DNA of 64,000 bases from Nemertoderma westbladi (taxonomy: Eukaryota > Animalia > Xenacoelomorpha), in assembly GCA_032718475.1 (NCBI GenBank), contig JAUCBJ010007369.1, positions 24,585-88,584 of the forward strand. The letters are read 5' to 3'. The notes below the pieces were generated by a model that searched no databases, was not told the origin of the DNA, and saw nothing but the letters and a program-made list of their open reading frames with translations. Both the position numbers and the translations under genes were made by a program. The stretch's first letter is position 1; the number at the start of each line of letters is the position of its first letter. This document shows, piece by piece, positions 11,963 to 24,961 of the stretch.

Positions 11963-12343
11963 TATTATATTAATAAAATATAAAGTATAGGTATCTCAAT
12001 TCAAAATTCCCTCCACCTAAATAAATTAAAGTAATATGGAATTAGATAGCTCTAAGTAAGTCCTGTAATATTATTTAAACTAAGAGCACAATTAGTTGAA
12101 TCTCTAATTAAATCCTGTACTATTAATATAAGCCAAAAACGCACAATAACGACTCCAAGGCGTAGTATTGACTCATTTCAAAAATTAGCGTCACATATAA
12201 AAATAATAAAGTAATAATGAAAAATAGATTAGAATAGAATAGCTCTAAGTAACTTCTGAGGAAAAGTTTCAGATCATACAATATATTGCGAGTTCAAAGC
12301 CCAATAAATCCTAGTCGTATGTAAAAAATAAAATAAATTTTTG

Positions 12344-12790
12344 TCAAAGCCTACATGACGTAAAAGAATAAAAGGCGGTATCAAAATTTGTAGTAACACT
12401 TCTGTATACTGTCTCTAAGTAAATCCCGTGCTTTATAAAACAAAATATCCTATAAAGACTCAGTATAACACGACGTTTATGAAGAGACTGGTTGATGGAT
12501 GGAATGCATTGCATATCTGCTGAGTCAGCGGATAAACATGTCAACTCGGCTCTATCACTAAACGCTCACATTAATAATCCGGGAATGCATTTAAACTGTT
12601 TTTAATCTGGGCTAAATAGCAGTCAATTCTCGAGAAATGGAGCTGATACCATAATATAAGTTTTGGGGGTCGGGATTTCAGTCACAAGCGAGAGGGGTGA
12701 TCGCTACTCGAAAAACGAACCTGTTTTCATGAAGATACCCTAGTCTGTTTTATACCAGACTTCTGCAGCATTTCTTCATAGGACATGGGT
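12344..12790 (-). mobile_element. Possible degraded LINE ORF2 C-terminal remnant
   Basis: Peptides MSYEEMLQKSGI and QSLHKRRVILSLYRIFCFIKHG resemble the 'LSY..RL..L.SL..RR..L..YK..HG' C-terminal pattern of CR1/L2/Jockey ORF2. Confidence 0.3.
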
Positions 12791-14628
12791 TTTCTTTCAA
12801 TAGGTGCAGCAGATAGTGGAATGGTTACTGCAACAGTGCTCAAGGGGTGTAGGAAGTCTTTCCTTTTATTTGTGTTTAAGTACTTTCTGAAACCGATACA
12901 GTCTGATAGTTGCCCAAACTGCTAGTGGTGCTCTCTAGTCAGTATTCATAAGCTAATCATTAGTAAGTAAATCACTTTACTGTATTAGTAATAATACAGA
13001 ATATTGAAACAATTTAAATTAATTACTGATAGTCCACACACATCAATAACCTGAATATTAAAAAGTTGTATTTGCTTTGAAACAAACCACTCGATCTTAA
13101 CAAAAACTAATATTAAAAGTATGAGTATGTCATTCAGTTTGAGGTAGGTTTAAGATACCTTGATGATAATGCTTAATGGTGAACAATTTTTTGGGTTTTC
13201 GAGCAGTGCTTGAACTACTGCAGCATTGTATGAATAATAAATATTAGTGCATTATGGTATATTGTCCAGTTGGGTGTTTCTTCTGCCCCAAGATTTCAAA
13301 TCAGACAACAGATAGATAAAATTCTAAAGGACAATATATATGAATTATTATATTATAATAAAGTTTATGTCTTACTATTTTACATGAAATATGTACTTTA
13401 CTTAGTTGATGTTACACCTCATTAACATATGTAATGTAACTAAGATTATATAGAAACGGGGATTTAAATTGATGCCCTTAATTAAGTTGGGTTTCTCAGA
13501 TTCGTTTACCAGGATATCATAACATTACATACCACAAAACCTCTGAACAAGCATCTTGGTGTATGTCCCATTTGTTGATTTACTAAATTATTTATTCACA
13601 GATTTTAAAAACGAAAATGTTACACATGTGTCCTAATTGTTTATTCATTAACAAATACTTAAATATGTATTTATTGGTAGAGATGGATAAACTAATATGT
13701 ATTGATTGGTAGAGATGGATAAACTATTCTCTACCAACCACAACCCCCCAAGGATGTGTAAGATATATTAATTATCGTTAGAAATGCAGCTATGATGGAT
13801 GAAAGGTATCAATTTAATTTCTTGGAGAATGATCATAAAAGAACAGTAGCTCTTCTTGATCGAAACCCGTTATTAATTTATGTGGATATTGTTTTATTAT
13901 ATTGTATATTAGTTTGAATCGCCCTTAATTTGTTAAAAGATTAAAATGGTGGTTTTGCTTTGCTGCACAAAATAAGAAATAGCCAATATTTTTCAAAAAA
14001 AAACAATAATTTCAACTATGTAATTATTCAAAAATCTAAATATTATTTGACGTGCTACGAAATTTACTTCTCACTGTCTCAAAAGGTTTAAAAACACTTA
14101 CATAGCAAATATTGATGTAGGATGCCTTCTCATTAGAAAAGCAAGAGTTCCTATAGTTATTTATAATAGCATCGTGATTCGTGGCCAATTTTGAAGACCT
14201 ACTCGGACCTTTGCTGGAGGTGGAGGGAGACCTCCTCTCAGTTTACTGTTGGTTGTCAGATTTTTTAGTTCTTTGATGCTTATGTCATCTTGAGGAGATG
14301 ATGAAAGTTATAAACTTGTCAGAAGCATCACCCTTACATATTTCCATTATATTCCATTAATATTCCGTTTGACATTTGTATGTCTATGTTTAGCTATGGC
14401 AGCACTGAACAATTATACGGATGAACAAATGTAATGTAACTAGTTGTAAAGGGCCTAAATATTACTACATCCTAAATAAATACATCCTAATGGAGGCGAG
14501 GCTCTCTTACAGTTTGCTGTGCCACCTATATATTCAATATAATTATATTTAGATTGTTTATTTATTGATTGTTTATAGATTGATATATTTAGATAGACTC
14601 TACGAACAATTACATTTTGTTACATTTA

Positions 14629-14990
14629 AATTTTTTATACTAGCTAGTTCTTGTTTCATTTTTTTTTAAATGTTCTAGAACTGGCACTAGCTAATTTGTT
14701 AATTATTTAAATTTTTTATTGTATGTTATCTTTGTATAAATTTTTTATACTAGCTAGTTTTTGTTTCTTTTTTTTAAATGTTCTAGAACTGGCACTAGCT
14801 AATTTATTAATTATTTAAATTTTTTATTGTATGTTATCTTTGTATAAATTTTTATACTTGCTAGTTTTTTTTTCATTTTTTTAAATGTTCTAGAACTAGC
14901 ACTAGCTAATTTCTTAATTATTTTAATTTTTTATTGTATGTTATCTTTGTATAAATTTTTTATACTAGTTAGTTTTTGTTACTTTTTTTA
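14629..14990 (+). repeat. About 109-bp AT-rich tandem repeat, about 3.3 copies
   Basis: The unit TTTTTATACTAGCTAG..GTTCTAGAACTGGCACTAGCTAATT..GTATGTTATCTTTGTATAA recurs at about 14629, 14739, 14847 and 14954. Confidence 0.9.
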
Positions 14991-17339
14991 ATGTTCGACA
15001 ACTATCTATTCATTTAATATAGAAATTATTTTGTTCTAGAACAAATATTTTAAGATCATTTTATTATATCAAAAAATTGCTATAATAGCACGGTAAAGTG
15101 TAAGAGTCCCCCTATGGACGCTGCAGCTGGGTGGATTCTCACATGCCTCATAGAATATTATCACAAAATATACATAATATTCAATACATCGACATATTTG
15201 GAAGTGAGGTAACTTCTTTACCACACTGTGAAAAAACAAGTTAAGAGATTTGGACAGTAGTTACCTTCATTACAATATTCTAATCCGCCATCTCAAAAAA
15301 TGATGGGGTACAATTCACTTTTCCGTCGATGAATATTTGAAAACGACCAAAACATAGGTCAAAGGGAGTAGTGAGTGTTTCAATGACAGATGTTTTAGAT
15401 GTTTCAATATACCTCTAAAAAAGTACATGATATTTTCGAACACTATTTCTAGGTAGTAAGGTCAGGGGCCTCGGGTCCTTTGATCTTCTACTATGGCAGT
15501 CATGAGGTACTGATATCTGTAGCTGTCAGCCTAGTTGGTTAGTTCGATCAGCACCAGTTCCCAGTTCAACTAATAGTTGATTCAGAATGGGTGAGTCACC
15601 CAGACGCATATTTCCAATCCTTGCACTAAAATAGGAACACATCATGAATTGGTGCCTGGGATTGGTTAATGAGCTATATTTTGATTGGATGTTGAAGTCA
15701 TGTAAGGAATGGAGAGAGGGGTCGAACTAGTGTAAGGATTTTATACTCAGTTTGAGGTAGAAAGTTATCCAAACGATGCGCTGCTGTATGGAATGGAGAA
15801 ATTGGGTGAAATCATGTAAGGATTATCTGCCTATTAAACGGTTCATTGTCAGGTAACAGTAAAATTATATACGAATAGCAATATACAGTAGATATTCAGA
15901 GTGTGGGGCGAGCGACGAAAGTAAGAAGAGCTTAGCATACAGGTACCAATAACTCAATCGGTGTGTCTGTTGTTCTGTTGTGTTCAATTTTAAACGTTAA
16001 TAACTCAGCCAAATCTTAATGAAATCTAACCAAACTTGGTACACTTGGTTCTTTGGCAAAAGTTTAGAAATTTTCCAAGTTGAATTTGCGTGTGGCCCTC
16101 GAGAAGCTAAGACAGTAGCAGCTAATTATTTAAATTAAAATTAATTAAGTTCGTTAGGGTAAAAACAGCATTTTCAAGCCTATCTTTTAATGGAACTTAA
16201 TTTAGAGTATAAGATATAAATAATTATACTTAAAAGTTATACAGCTGTAATCCCCATACCCCATTCCATTATAGTTTTTAATTAGTTCAAATTAGTTTGC
16301 TTTTTAGTGAAATTTGCTTTAAGAAATGTGTTTTTAATTGATCTAAACGTAATTAAGTCATCAAATGCCCTCGTCACTCTATACCTCCCTCATTCCTTGG
16401 CATAATAGCTATTGCCTATTAGTTGGAACCAGTCCAATCATCAATCTCATCACTACTTGGAAACGGGTAATTACAACTATAGGACACAGGCAAGGCAGGC
16501 ACTACTAGTGTAAAGTGACTAAGAAGCCAGCTTGCATATTATTTATCTCGCAAAATGATTGTCTTGAGTATTTGTTGACATGATAAATTTATATTTCAGT
16601 ATCAATATTATCGGCATAAGGTAAGTTTTAATAATTTTTACAAATTTGGTTGCCTCCACACCTAAAAATATATTACTTTTAAAACACAAATTTCCTGTTA
16701 GTACCTCTGCCTTTCATTAATCCTCTGTGCTCCTTTGGGTTGTTGGGGTGGTGCAGATTAAGAGGGCTGTTGAAGCGAGGGAGGGAACTTTCCTCTCTTC
16801 TTTGATTTATTCTTATTGGCAGTTTGGTTAAATTTCTTATTTATTTGGTTAAATTTCTTATTTATTTATTTAAATTTCTGAAGTACCGATTTTGGGATAG
16901 AATTGCTCAATTTTAATCTGTATCTGATAACTGAGCATCGTCCTGCGCGAAGGCCCCACGAACGTGTAAATAACATTGTATAAGGAATCGTTTTACATAG
17001 CATTCTCATTGATTTTTTTGATGGAAATGATTGTAATAGTCTACAATATATCTATCTACAAGGTTACTCGCTTGCTGTGTTATGTGGAAGGCCATTATTA
17101 ATCAATTGACACCTCGACTCCTCTCCGACTACTCTATCCGATAGAACAAAATATAATTTCGCTAACTGCTCCCTATCTTCTATAATCACAACAGCTGTGT
17201 TAATTCATTAGATGATTACAACATAATAATTATAGTTTGAAGTTGTCTAGAAAATCTCTCGTACACCACCGGGTCTACACCCACGCTAATTTATCAGACA
17301 GAATGCATATTCAAAAACATATTCAGATGACAAATACAT

Positions 17340-17647
17340 GGTATTCACGAATACAGCATACAGAACTGAATTAATACAAGGTACAATACACCTGTATCAA
17401 CTGCTTTGTTGTATCAACATGAACGCAGATGTATTCAGTTGGCACTGCTGGAGAAGTAATGACGAGGTCATACCAGATCTGCGTTTTTGGCAACCAAGAC
17501 AAGATAGGCATTCATGTGGACGACCGGCTATTAGACCAAATTGAAAGGGAAACTGTACTTAGAAGAAACGAAATTGCGACAACCATAGAGAATTGGGAAA
17601 CCTGGATAAGGACCTCATTTCCACAGTCCAAGATCGCTTGACCTAGT
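17340..17647 (+). mobile_element. 3'-end fragment of RTE LINE
   Basis: FSWHCWRSNDEVIPDL..LDQIERET..EIATTIENWE and the terminal GACCTAGT match 28260-28552. Confidence 0.85.
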
Positions 17648-18073
17648 AAAAGAAGGTCATGGTGATATTTTCGAAAAATATTTCTGGGAAGTCAGTCACA
17701 TAACAGGTCTGAGGCACTCGTGTAACAGAACTGTTAGCCACCATGAACCTCCACCATTATACCTCCACCATTAACCTTCAGATTATTTCTATGTGTGTAT
17801 TGAATTTTCATGCTAAAAGAGTTATAGTGGCTGTGATCGTTCATGGTAGTCATTATACACTACCATTTCATTGTAGTGAGTGGAAGAGACGGCAATCAGA
17901 GTTAGGGTTGTGCACAGTGGCTGCAGGAGATTGGTATTTTGCAGATGGGAGGAGACAATGCGGAAGTAAATTGCGCACATATAAGAATTCAGCTTAACAT
18001 TTGTAAAATTATTTACATTTTGTAAAGTTTTTCATATTTTATGAGCTATAAATTGCTTTCTTTTTTCTCGCAG

Positions 18074-18145
18074 GTGCATTGATTTTAACTCTATGTTTGT
18101 GCATTGTTATCCACCAATCGACTGCTTTTTGGAAAGTATGGAAAG
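18074..18145 (+). CDS. Secreted peptide/EF-hand precursor: signal-peptide exon (first coding exon not fixed)
   Basis: Acceptor TTTTTTCTCGCAG and donor AAG|GTATGT, 72 nt, phase 1-1. Encodes ALILTLCLCIVIHQSTA-FWKVWK, a hydrophobic core with an S-T-A cleavage site. Confidence 0.7.
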
Positions 18146-18361
18146 GTATGTAAAATCTAATTTGCAAAGAGCATATTATTATTATGTTTACATTAGCCCT
18201 TTGCAATAGTGTGGCTACCTTTAGTCGTAATTCTTTTTGTCAGTTATTGTGATTAGCTAGCCAAGAAACAGGTGCTTTACTTGCAATGTATTTTTTTGAT
18301 GAAGAGTAAAAAAGAGCATATCATAGAGTAATGTGCGTCCATTTGGCTTTCTATCCAGTAG

Positions 18362-18460
18362 GACCTTCAAATACCGGTGGTGGAAAACGGAGTTTCCATG
18401 AAGGCGGTGTGGCGAACCTCGCCAAATTACAACATTTCTTTGAAACATCTGATACAAATG
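18362..18460 (+). CDS. Secreted peptide/EF-hand precursor: middle exon
   Basis: NAGNAG acceptor CCAG|TAG| (alternative start 18359) and donor ATG|GTAAGT, 99 nt, phase 1-1. Encodes GPSNTGGGKRSFHEGGVANLAKLQHFFETSDTN(G). Confidence 0.75.
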
Positions 18461-19159
18461 GTAAGTTTGTTTGTTTGAATGGTCGTTACATAATATTGGG
18501 GGAAATCACTTTCTGCAATATTTAATATTTATATAGAGGCAATATATTTATTATTAACATTAGTGGATTACTTCAGTGAGAGAAAAAGTTAATTAGGTGT
18601 AAACAATATAGTGTAACTAACTGGATATTACTTTCATGTTAAACCATATCCCGTATTCATGTGAAGGATGACCCCACCCACCCACCCACCACACAATACA
18701 ATGTATATTATTGTGGTGGTATAAATTGCTGTGTGAAATGTGTGTGAAAAAGTCTCCTAGAAAAATGCTCACCTTGCTATAAGGCAGGATAAGTGCATTT
18801 GTTTCCATGCACACCCTGAGGTTGACTGTATTGGGCAGTTCCTCTGACTCTGTTTCCCAATTCATGCTGCTGCTGGGGATTATTACTTAGATCAGAATGC
18901 TCCATTGCAGCTGCATTTTTAAGAATGCTGTGCTGGCTTGTTGACAAAATTGCGCCACCATAATTCCCCACAATCACCCAAGACATTTGCTAGATCATCC
19001 GCATCTTCAAGGCCAGTGTCTTTTAAGATGCGTCACAAGAATTTCATGGGCTATCCACCATACTTATTCACTCAATGAGGCTGCCAAAGCACAAGATTAT
19101 GATATTATGGTCCTCACGGTGAAAGCATGTCCTGCAAAGCAGAAGTGGCTTTGTTCTAG

Positions 19160-21410
19160 TGTCAAGCCTCAAGTGTCAACAGTAGACACAAATGTTGTCG
19201 AACCATCGTATACTGGTCTGATTGCTGCTATAATTTCATCAGGAATCCCATATAATGAAAGTATGCTGAACATATGTGAGCGAGAGACTGAATCAAAGGC
19301 CTTGGAGAAGTTAACAAAGTTAACAGCCAGATGCCTGTCTTTCTTTTTTGATAACTCTTCAATTATCCTTCTAAGTGCCAAAACGGGCTCCATGGTCCCA
19401 CGATCTTTATGGAACCCATTCTGATTTCCATGGAGCAGTCTCTCAACGGGATCCCTGATGCGATTTAATATAATTTTATTGTATAGCTTTGCAGCAATCG
19501 AGATCAATGAGATTCCCCGAAAAGAACCATAGAGTGTTCAGTTGCCCTTCTTGGGAGCTCGCACCAACTTATTTGTTTTCATTTCTTGTGGGACTCTTGT
19601 TGTTCTGTACATGTCTACTATGATGGGATAGATGAGCTTTAAACACTCAGGTATTTTAAAGACCTCAGGGGGAACACCATCTACATTCCACTGGCACGAT
19701 TGGTCTTAATGCTCTTTGCAGCAGCCTGCACTTCTGCTAAGGAGATATTGCCAATAGGAATATCTGGGAGTACAGACTCAGACACTTTCACTTCTATAAA
19801 GTTATCGGGCAATACCCTGTCATTATTGAGGAGCTTTTCAAAGTGGGCCTTCCAACCATTGAGGCGATTGGCTGGTGATTCTGCCTTAACCTTGGTGGTT
19901 GGTTGGCTTTTCTGCCCAGTAAGCAAGTTGATCAATTTCCATGTTTGGGATGATTGCCTGCTGTCCTCGGCATCATTAATGGCATCAACCTGTTGGTTTA
20001 TAAACTCCTGTAGATTAACAGAGCGGAGAACTGCTTATTCAGGGACCTAGATGCAGCCTTAACTGCATTCTTAGCCGCTGTAGTCTGTTTGAGTCAGGAC
20101 TCATTCTGCGCCTTATAGAGGTCATTTCAGCACCTTTTTCCTGTTTCGAGGGTAAACCAGAACTGTTTCTGCAGCTGCTAACTTAACTGCTTCTGTAAAG
20201 GCAGTATAGCCCTCATAGTAATCTGCTGCCTCAGAGGCAAGAACCTCATACCTGTTGTTCAGCTGTAGTGTGAAGCTGGATCTCACACTTGGCTGTTGCA
20301 ACAGAGGACCAGTCATGCCGCGGCAAGGCAGATTTCGTTATTCTGCTAGCACGCAGACTAAGTCTTACCTTGGCCACAATAAGGAGGTGATCACTGGAGA
20401 AGGGTCGAAGTGTAAATGCATTACACTCTTGTATAGAGCTACTGTATTTTCTACGAAAAAGAATATGGTCTATCTGGGACTTGTGACCACTGTGGGTCCA
20501 CTATGAGTCCATAGCTTTCCAGTTCGCTTCTTGAACTGGGTTCCAGCCGAAAACAATCCATTTCCAGATATGAAATCCTGAAAATTTCGGTTGACATTAT
20601 CACTATTACTATAGACCCAGGGCAATGTAGGTGATTGATGCAGACTTGCATAAAAGTCTCCCAGGAATGTTAAGAATGCATGCTGATCCACTCCCCATCA
20701 GTAGCTGCTTGTAGATTGTGGTAGAAATTTTCCACCTCCTCTACTGGGGCAACACTAGTTGGAAAATAGCACACCATCAAAACCACCTTAGGAAACTTCT
20801 TAGCCAGTCTTCCAGAACATGAGAAGTGGCAGACAGTCAGCTCACCTTGTCGCATTGGGGACCCGAGTGTTAGGGTGTTAACTGAGGCTAGTCTGGTGAC
20901 TTGCCTCAGATTCACCAATGGCTTGGATGGTCAGGGTGGAACATGAGAGTAGCCTCCAACTCCAGAATCCCCCTCCCCATCACAATCTGGCCTCCCTGGT
21001 GACCCAGAAAGGTCATCAAGAAAGGGACTCACAGAATTGTTGGCCACTCTCTCTCCTGTAGGGGGTGAAACAGGCAGCCGGTCAGGAGATAACTGATGCC
21101 TGTGAGGCCAATTGTGTCTGGTAATTCCCCTGGCCTCTAGTGGCCGGACCTCCACATTACTTATGTAATCCATAGTGGGGGTTGGGGGGTGCTTTCTTGC
21201 CGAGTCAGCTCTCGGGGCAAATACCACACTCTGGTTTGCCGTTCCACAGGGTGGGTGTCGCAGTGGAGTCAGATATGAGAGGGCCATCACCCATACCTAC
21301 TCTGACAAACATAACCCACCATTGTCTATGCAGCTCACCTGTTGAGCCATGCCCTGTACCCCTGCTGCCAGGTGCACTTCGCAGTGAAGTGCACTCAGAG
21401 TGGACATGAG
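19160..21410 (-). mobile_element. RTE-clade LINE (5' UTR, APE endonuclease, start of RT), antisense in an intron
   Basis: Frameshifted peptides VVLMVCYFPT, FLTFLGDF, LQLNNRYEVL, ISIAAKLYNKIILNRI..QNGF and VNFSKAFDSVSR. A GC-richer putative UTR lies at 20900-21410. Confidence 0.85.
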
Positions 21411-21663
21411 AACACTGTTGGGGATTGATATAGGCAGAAAGAGAGTAGCACTATGAATGGATAAACACGATTAAAATAAAGGTAAAACAAGTAACAAAAA
21501 CATAAACAGATATATCATGCAGTCAGAAACTTCGACTTTGACTGACTGTTTTCTTAGTTTTTTTTTGTGTTAGAATATTACTGCTAGTTTTACTTTATTT
21601 TATAACATATCTATTACCGGTATTAGATTGATTAGTTAATGAACACAAATATTGTTTTCACAG

Positions 21664-21728
21664 GTGATGGGGAATTGAGTTTTGATGAATTGGTTGAAGG
21701 AATGGGAACCCTACATGAAACTCAATAA
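21664..21728 (+). CDS. Secreted peptide/EF-hand precursor: last coding exon
   Basis: Acceptor TTGTTTTCACAG, phase 1, encodes (G)DGELSFDELVEGMGTLHETQ*. Splicing joins a canonical 12-residue EF loop DTNGDGELSFDE. AATAAA occurs downstream near 21876 and 22086. Confidence 0.75.
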
Positions 21729-22401
21729 TGATGGAGAAACTTATGTAACAAACTACTAGATACTGATCTGTCTGACTATCTAAGAACTGTGTCATTGTGT
21801 ATAAATTGTCAAGTATTTTACCATTCGGTTATGAGAAAAAAGGCATGTTTTAGAAGAGAAAGATGTTATATGGTTAAATAAATAAGTAGATTTATCTATT
21901 ACGATTTCTATACTAACATTCTGAATGCACACCCAGTCTTTACTTGATATATTAGTTATGGTGGTCAGTATCACCTCGCCTATGTGCAATTTGCTTTAAT
22001 TTCATATCATTATTTTATTTCTCCATGTAATTTGATTTCATGCTTTGGATTCTTCCATCAATGGACATCAAGACCAAGAGTATGTAATAAAGTCGAATTG
22101 AGCATAACTGAAAATATAGATGGTGCAGCATTGGTTCAATGAGTGGGCCAGTTATTCACTCAAAAAGTTATTGCTAATCTATATAGAAAGTACTACACCA
22201 AAGGCATTATTAATGGGTTGGATAGCTATTCCAATTTCCAACCAATTATTAATATAGTCTCATGTTCATACTCATCAAATGGCTAATGGCCTAACTAAAG
22301 ACAACGAATTAGCCAAAGTTTTACAGTTTGATTAACAAGATTAACTAAATTATAATATTCTTGGGGTGGGGGCTGGGAGGGAGGGTGGGGGCAGGCAGGG
22401 T

Positions 22402-22758
22402 GGTACGCAGCAAACTTCGCCCACGAGAAAGCTTCGCCCCGAGCAATCTTTGCACTCAAAATGAGGAACTATCGCCCAGTGGAAACCTTCGCCCACGAGC
22501 AACCTTTGCCCAATAAACAATTATTGTTTTGGTTAGAAAAAGTCATCTCTGTAACCTGCTCTTTTCCCTCAATTAGTAACACCATCGTTTATTGTTTTGG
22601 TTAGAAAATGCCGCCTCTGTAACTTGCTTATTTCCTTCAATTTTTACTAATTCGGTGAAGGATGCTCATGGGTGAAGATTGCCTTGTGGGTGAAGGTTTC
22701 CCCTGGGCGAAGATTGGACGCGTGCGAAGGTTGTACGCGGGCAGAGATTGCACCTACC
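22402..22758. mobile_element. MITE with inverted TTCGCCC subterminal repeats
   Basis: Ends GGTACGCAGCAAACTTCGCCC and GGGCAGAGATTGCACCTACC. TTCGCCC repeats on the left and GGGYGAA on the right. GGCAGGGT flanks both sides as a possible 8-9-bp TSD. Confidence 0.7.
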
Positions 22759-23949
22759 TGGGCAGGGTGAGAGTTGTTCACTATAACTTCAAGAACAAAC
22801 AATAATGGGACTCTATTAAGTAGCTAAGCATACTATGCAAGATTGTGCATAATTGACTCAATGCTAATCGGATATCTTCAAAAGTCAAATCTCCAGTTCT
22901 AGTGGTCGTATGACCAATCAGCACTTTGGCAAACTTTATTTCTAACTTTACAAACAAAAAATCTAGAACAATGACAGCCTTCTAAGGTTCCCCTTCTTGT
23001 AAAACTGTAACATGAAGATCTTCATGGTAATCAATTGTATTTTGTAGAATTTGTTTGAAATTAACATTTTTAGAGCCACAATAGGTTTCACCCTTTTGTC
23101 CAGAATGCACTGATCTGCCCAAGGGATTCTTGGTATGAAGGGTTAATCAATCAGCTAAAACGTACTGTAAACTAGAAGTTGCTCAGAATAAAGTAGTAAG
23201 AATTAATTTCACAAATTTAAATTTAAAACTACATACCTTGTTATAATCTAAGCCCATATGATATTTCTCTGGACCACTTAGTAAACTCCACTATCTAAAT
23301 TGAATGGTTTGGTATGGATATTATTATTCATATGCATCAAGTCTATAAACAAAAAATCACCGGAGTATGCCATACCCGCTCTTAACAGTTACTCTATCAA
23401 ACGTTTACCTCCCGCAATATAAATTTTTTAAACAGATACTTATTTTTTCATGGTATAAAAAATTGCAACCTTTGCGCTTTGCCTAACCACAGTATATGAA
23501 GACCAAGTTCTTTCAAGCAACAAAACAAAACAAAGACTGAAAGTATTATTTTGTACAGGGGTGAGGCACGGACACTTAAACAACAAATTTAGGTTTGTTG
23601 TAGAAGATATTTAATAGGGAAAGCACTAATTGTCAGCTGGAGACAATGCATGACAAATACAGGCCTAGTAGCCATGAAAGGGTGGGGGCCAGCTGGAAGC
23701 CAGTTATTTGAAATGTCTTAAACTGATGAATTTCCAACAATACTATGGTAAACTAGCATTGTTTATATACCAATAAACCAAGAAATTGCTTTTCAATTAT
23801 TGTAACAGTTCTGTGTATATATTAATATATTCATAGGATACTTAATATGATATGTATATCTTAATTAAATGAAATATATTAAGAAAATAATTCCAAATTT
23901 AAAAGGGCCCTTTCAACCAAATTAGACTTAATTAACTGACATTTAATTA

Positions 23950-24957
23950 TTAGACAATTGGATAGCTTTCTGTGCTGGTTCTTTAGAAAAATGAGTGGTA
24001 AACAATTTACTTAGATTTTTTAAGAATAATATTGGAAAGAGTTCTGCAGTATAAGTTTTTGTTATTGATCATTGAAAGAAGAGTTATTAGACCAAAGTAT
24101 GTCATTAACGAACTTCTATAAATTTCAGTATTGACTATATTAATGAATAGAGAGTAGCACTAAAACACCCACTGACAGATAATCTATGGAGGAATTGTTA
24201 ACCCTCCATGAGATAAACAACCAAGCCATTGTCCTAGTCTCCCTTCATAAAAGATAATGAGAGATAAGATAATAATATTGTTGTCTAATAATAACCTCTT
24301 CAATGTTACATTTAAGCGCAATGTACCTTGAAATGTATGTCAGTGTCATGGAGGTGTCATCAGGGATTTCTTTCTCAAGATTGCAAACATTATCAATCAC
24401 TGTTAGTTCAACATCATTTAAGAGTCTATTACAGTACTTACATGAATGGCCAACTGTATAGACCATGTCACCATCAACTTGTCAATTTGGTATTTTCTGA
24501 ATAGCTTGGGCGGAGGTGAGGAAGTAAGTCCCACTAAAAACTTGACGAAGTACACTAAACAAATGTTCAATTGCAGCTTGTGAAATCTAACCAATCAAAA
24601 CATATGTGTTGTAGACAGTAAAAACTCAACTAGATCCTTTAATAAAGTCTTTGCAGTTTCAATCGCATCGCTTCTGACCATTTTTGGTGCCCATATCCAT
24701 GGATCATCAGCTGAGTAAATTACGCCATGGCAATCGTCATTATAAGGTATAAGGTTTATCAAGATGTGGACTTCGTACATTCAATATTTTCCAAATATGA
24801 ACAAAGGTTTCAAGAAACTCCACAGTTCCTGTACATTGACCTTTCAGTTTAGGATATGTCTCCAATGCTGCAACTGCTTCATCACAGAAAACATTGGGCA
24901 TTATGGAGAGTTTCTGTCACTCAATTGGCTTTGGATGGACTGCAATCTCTTTGTACT
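23950..24957 (-). pseudogene. P-element/THAP9-like transposase remnant (3' part)
   Basis: Minus-strand peptides TAKTLLKDLVEFLL, ISQAAIEHLFSVLRQVFSGTYFLT (compare the P motif SQDxxExxFxxxR) and LTYISRYIALK (compare LxYIAGY), with stops and frameshifts. Confidence 0.75.
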
Positions 24958-24961
24958 TTAA

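Noticed and set aside
20900-21410. HDV-like ribozyme in the RTE 5' UTR
   Set aside because: Several hairpins are present, but I could not build the nested double pseudoknot by eye.
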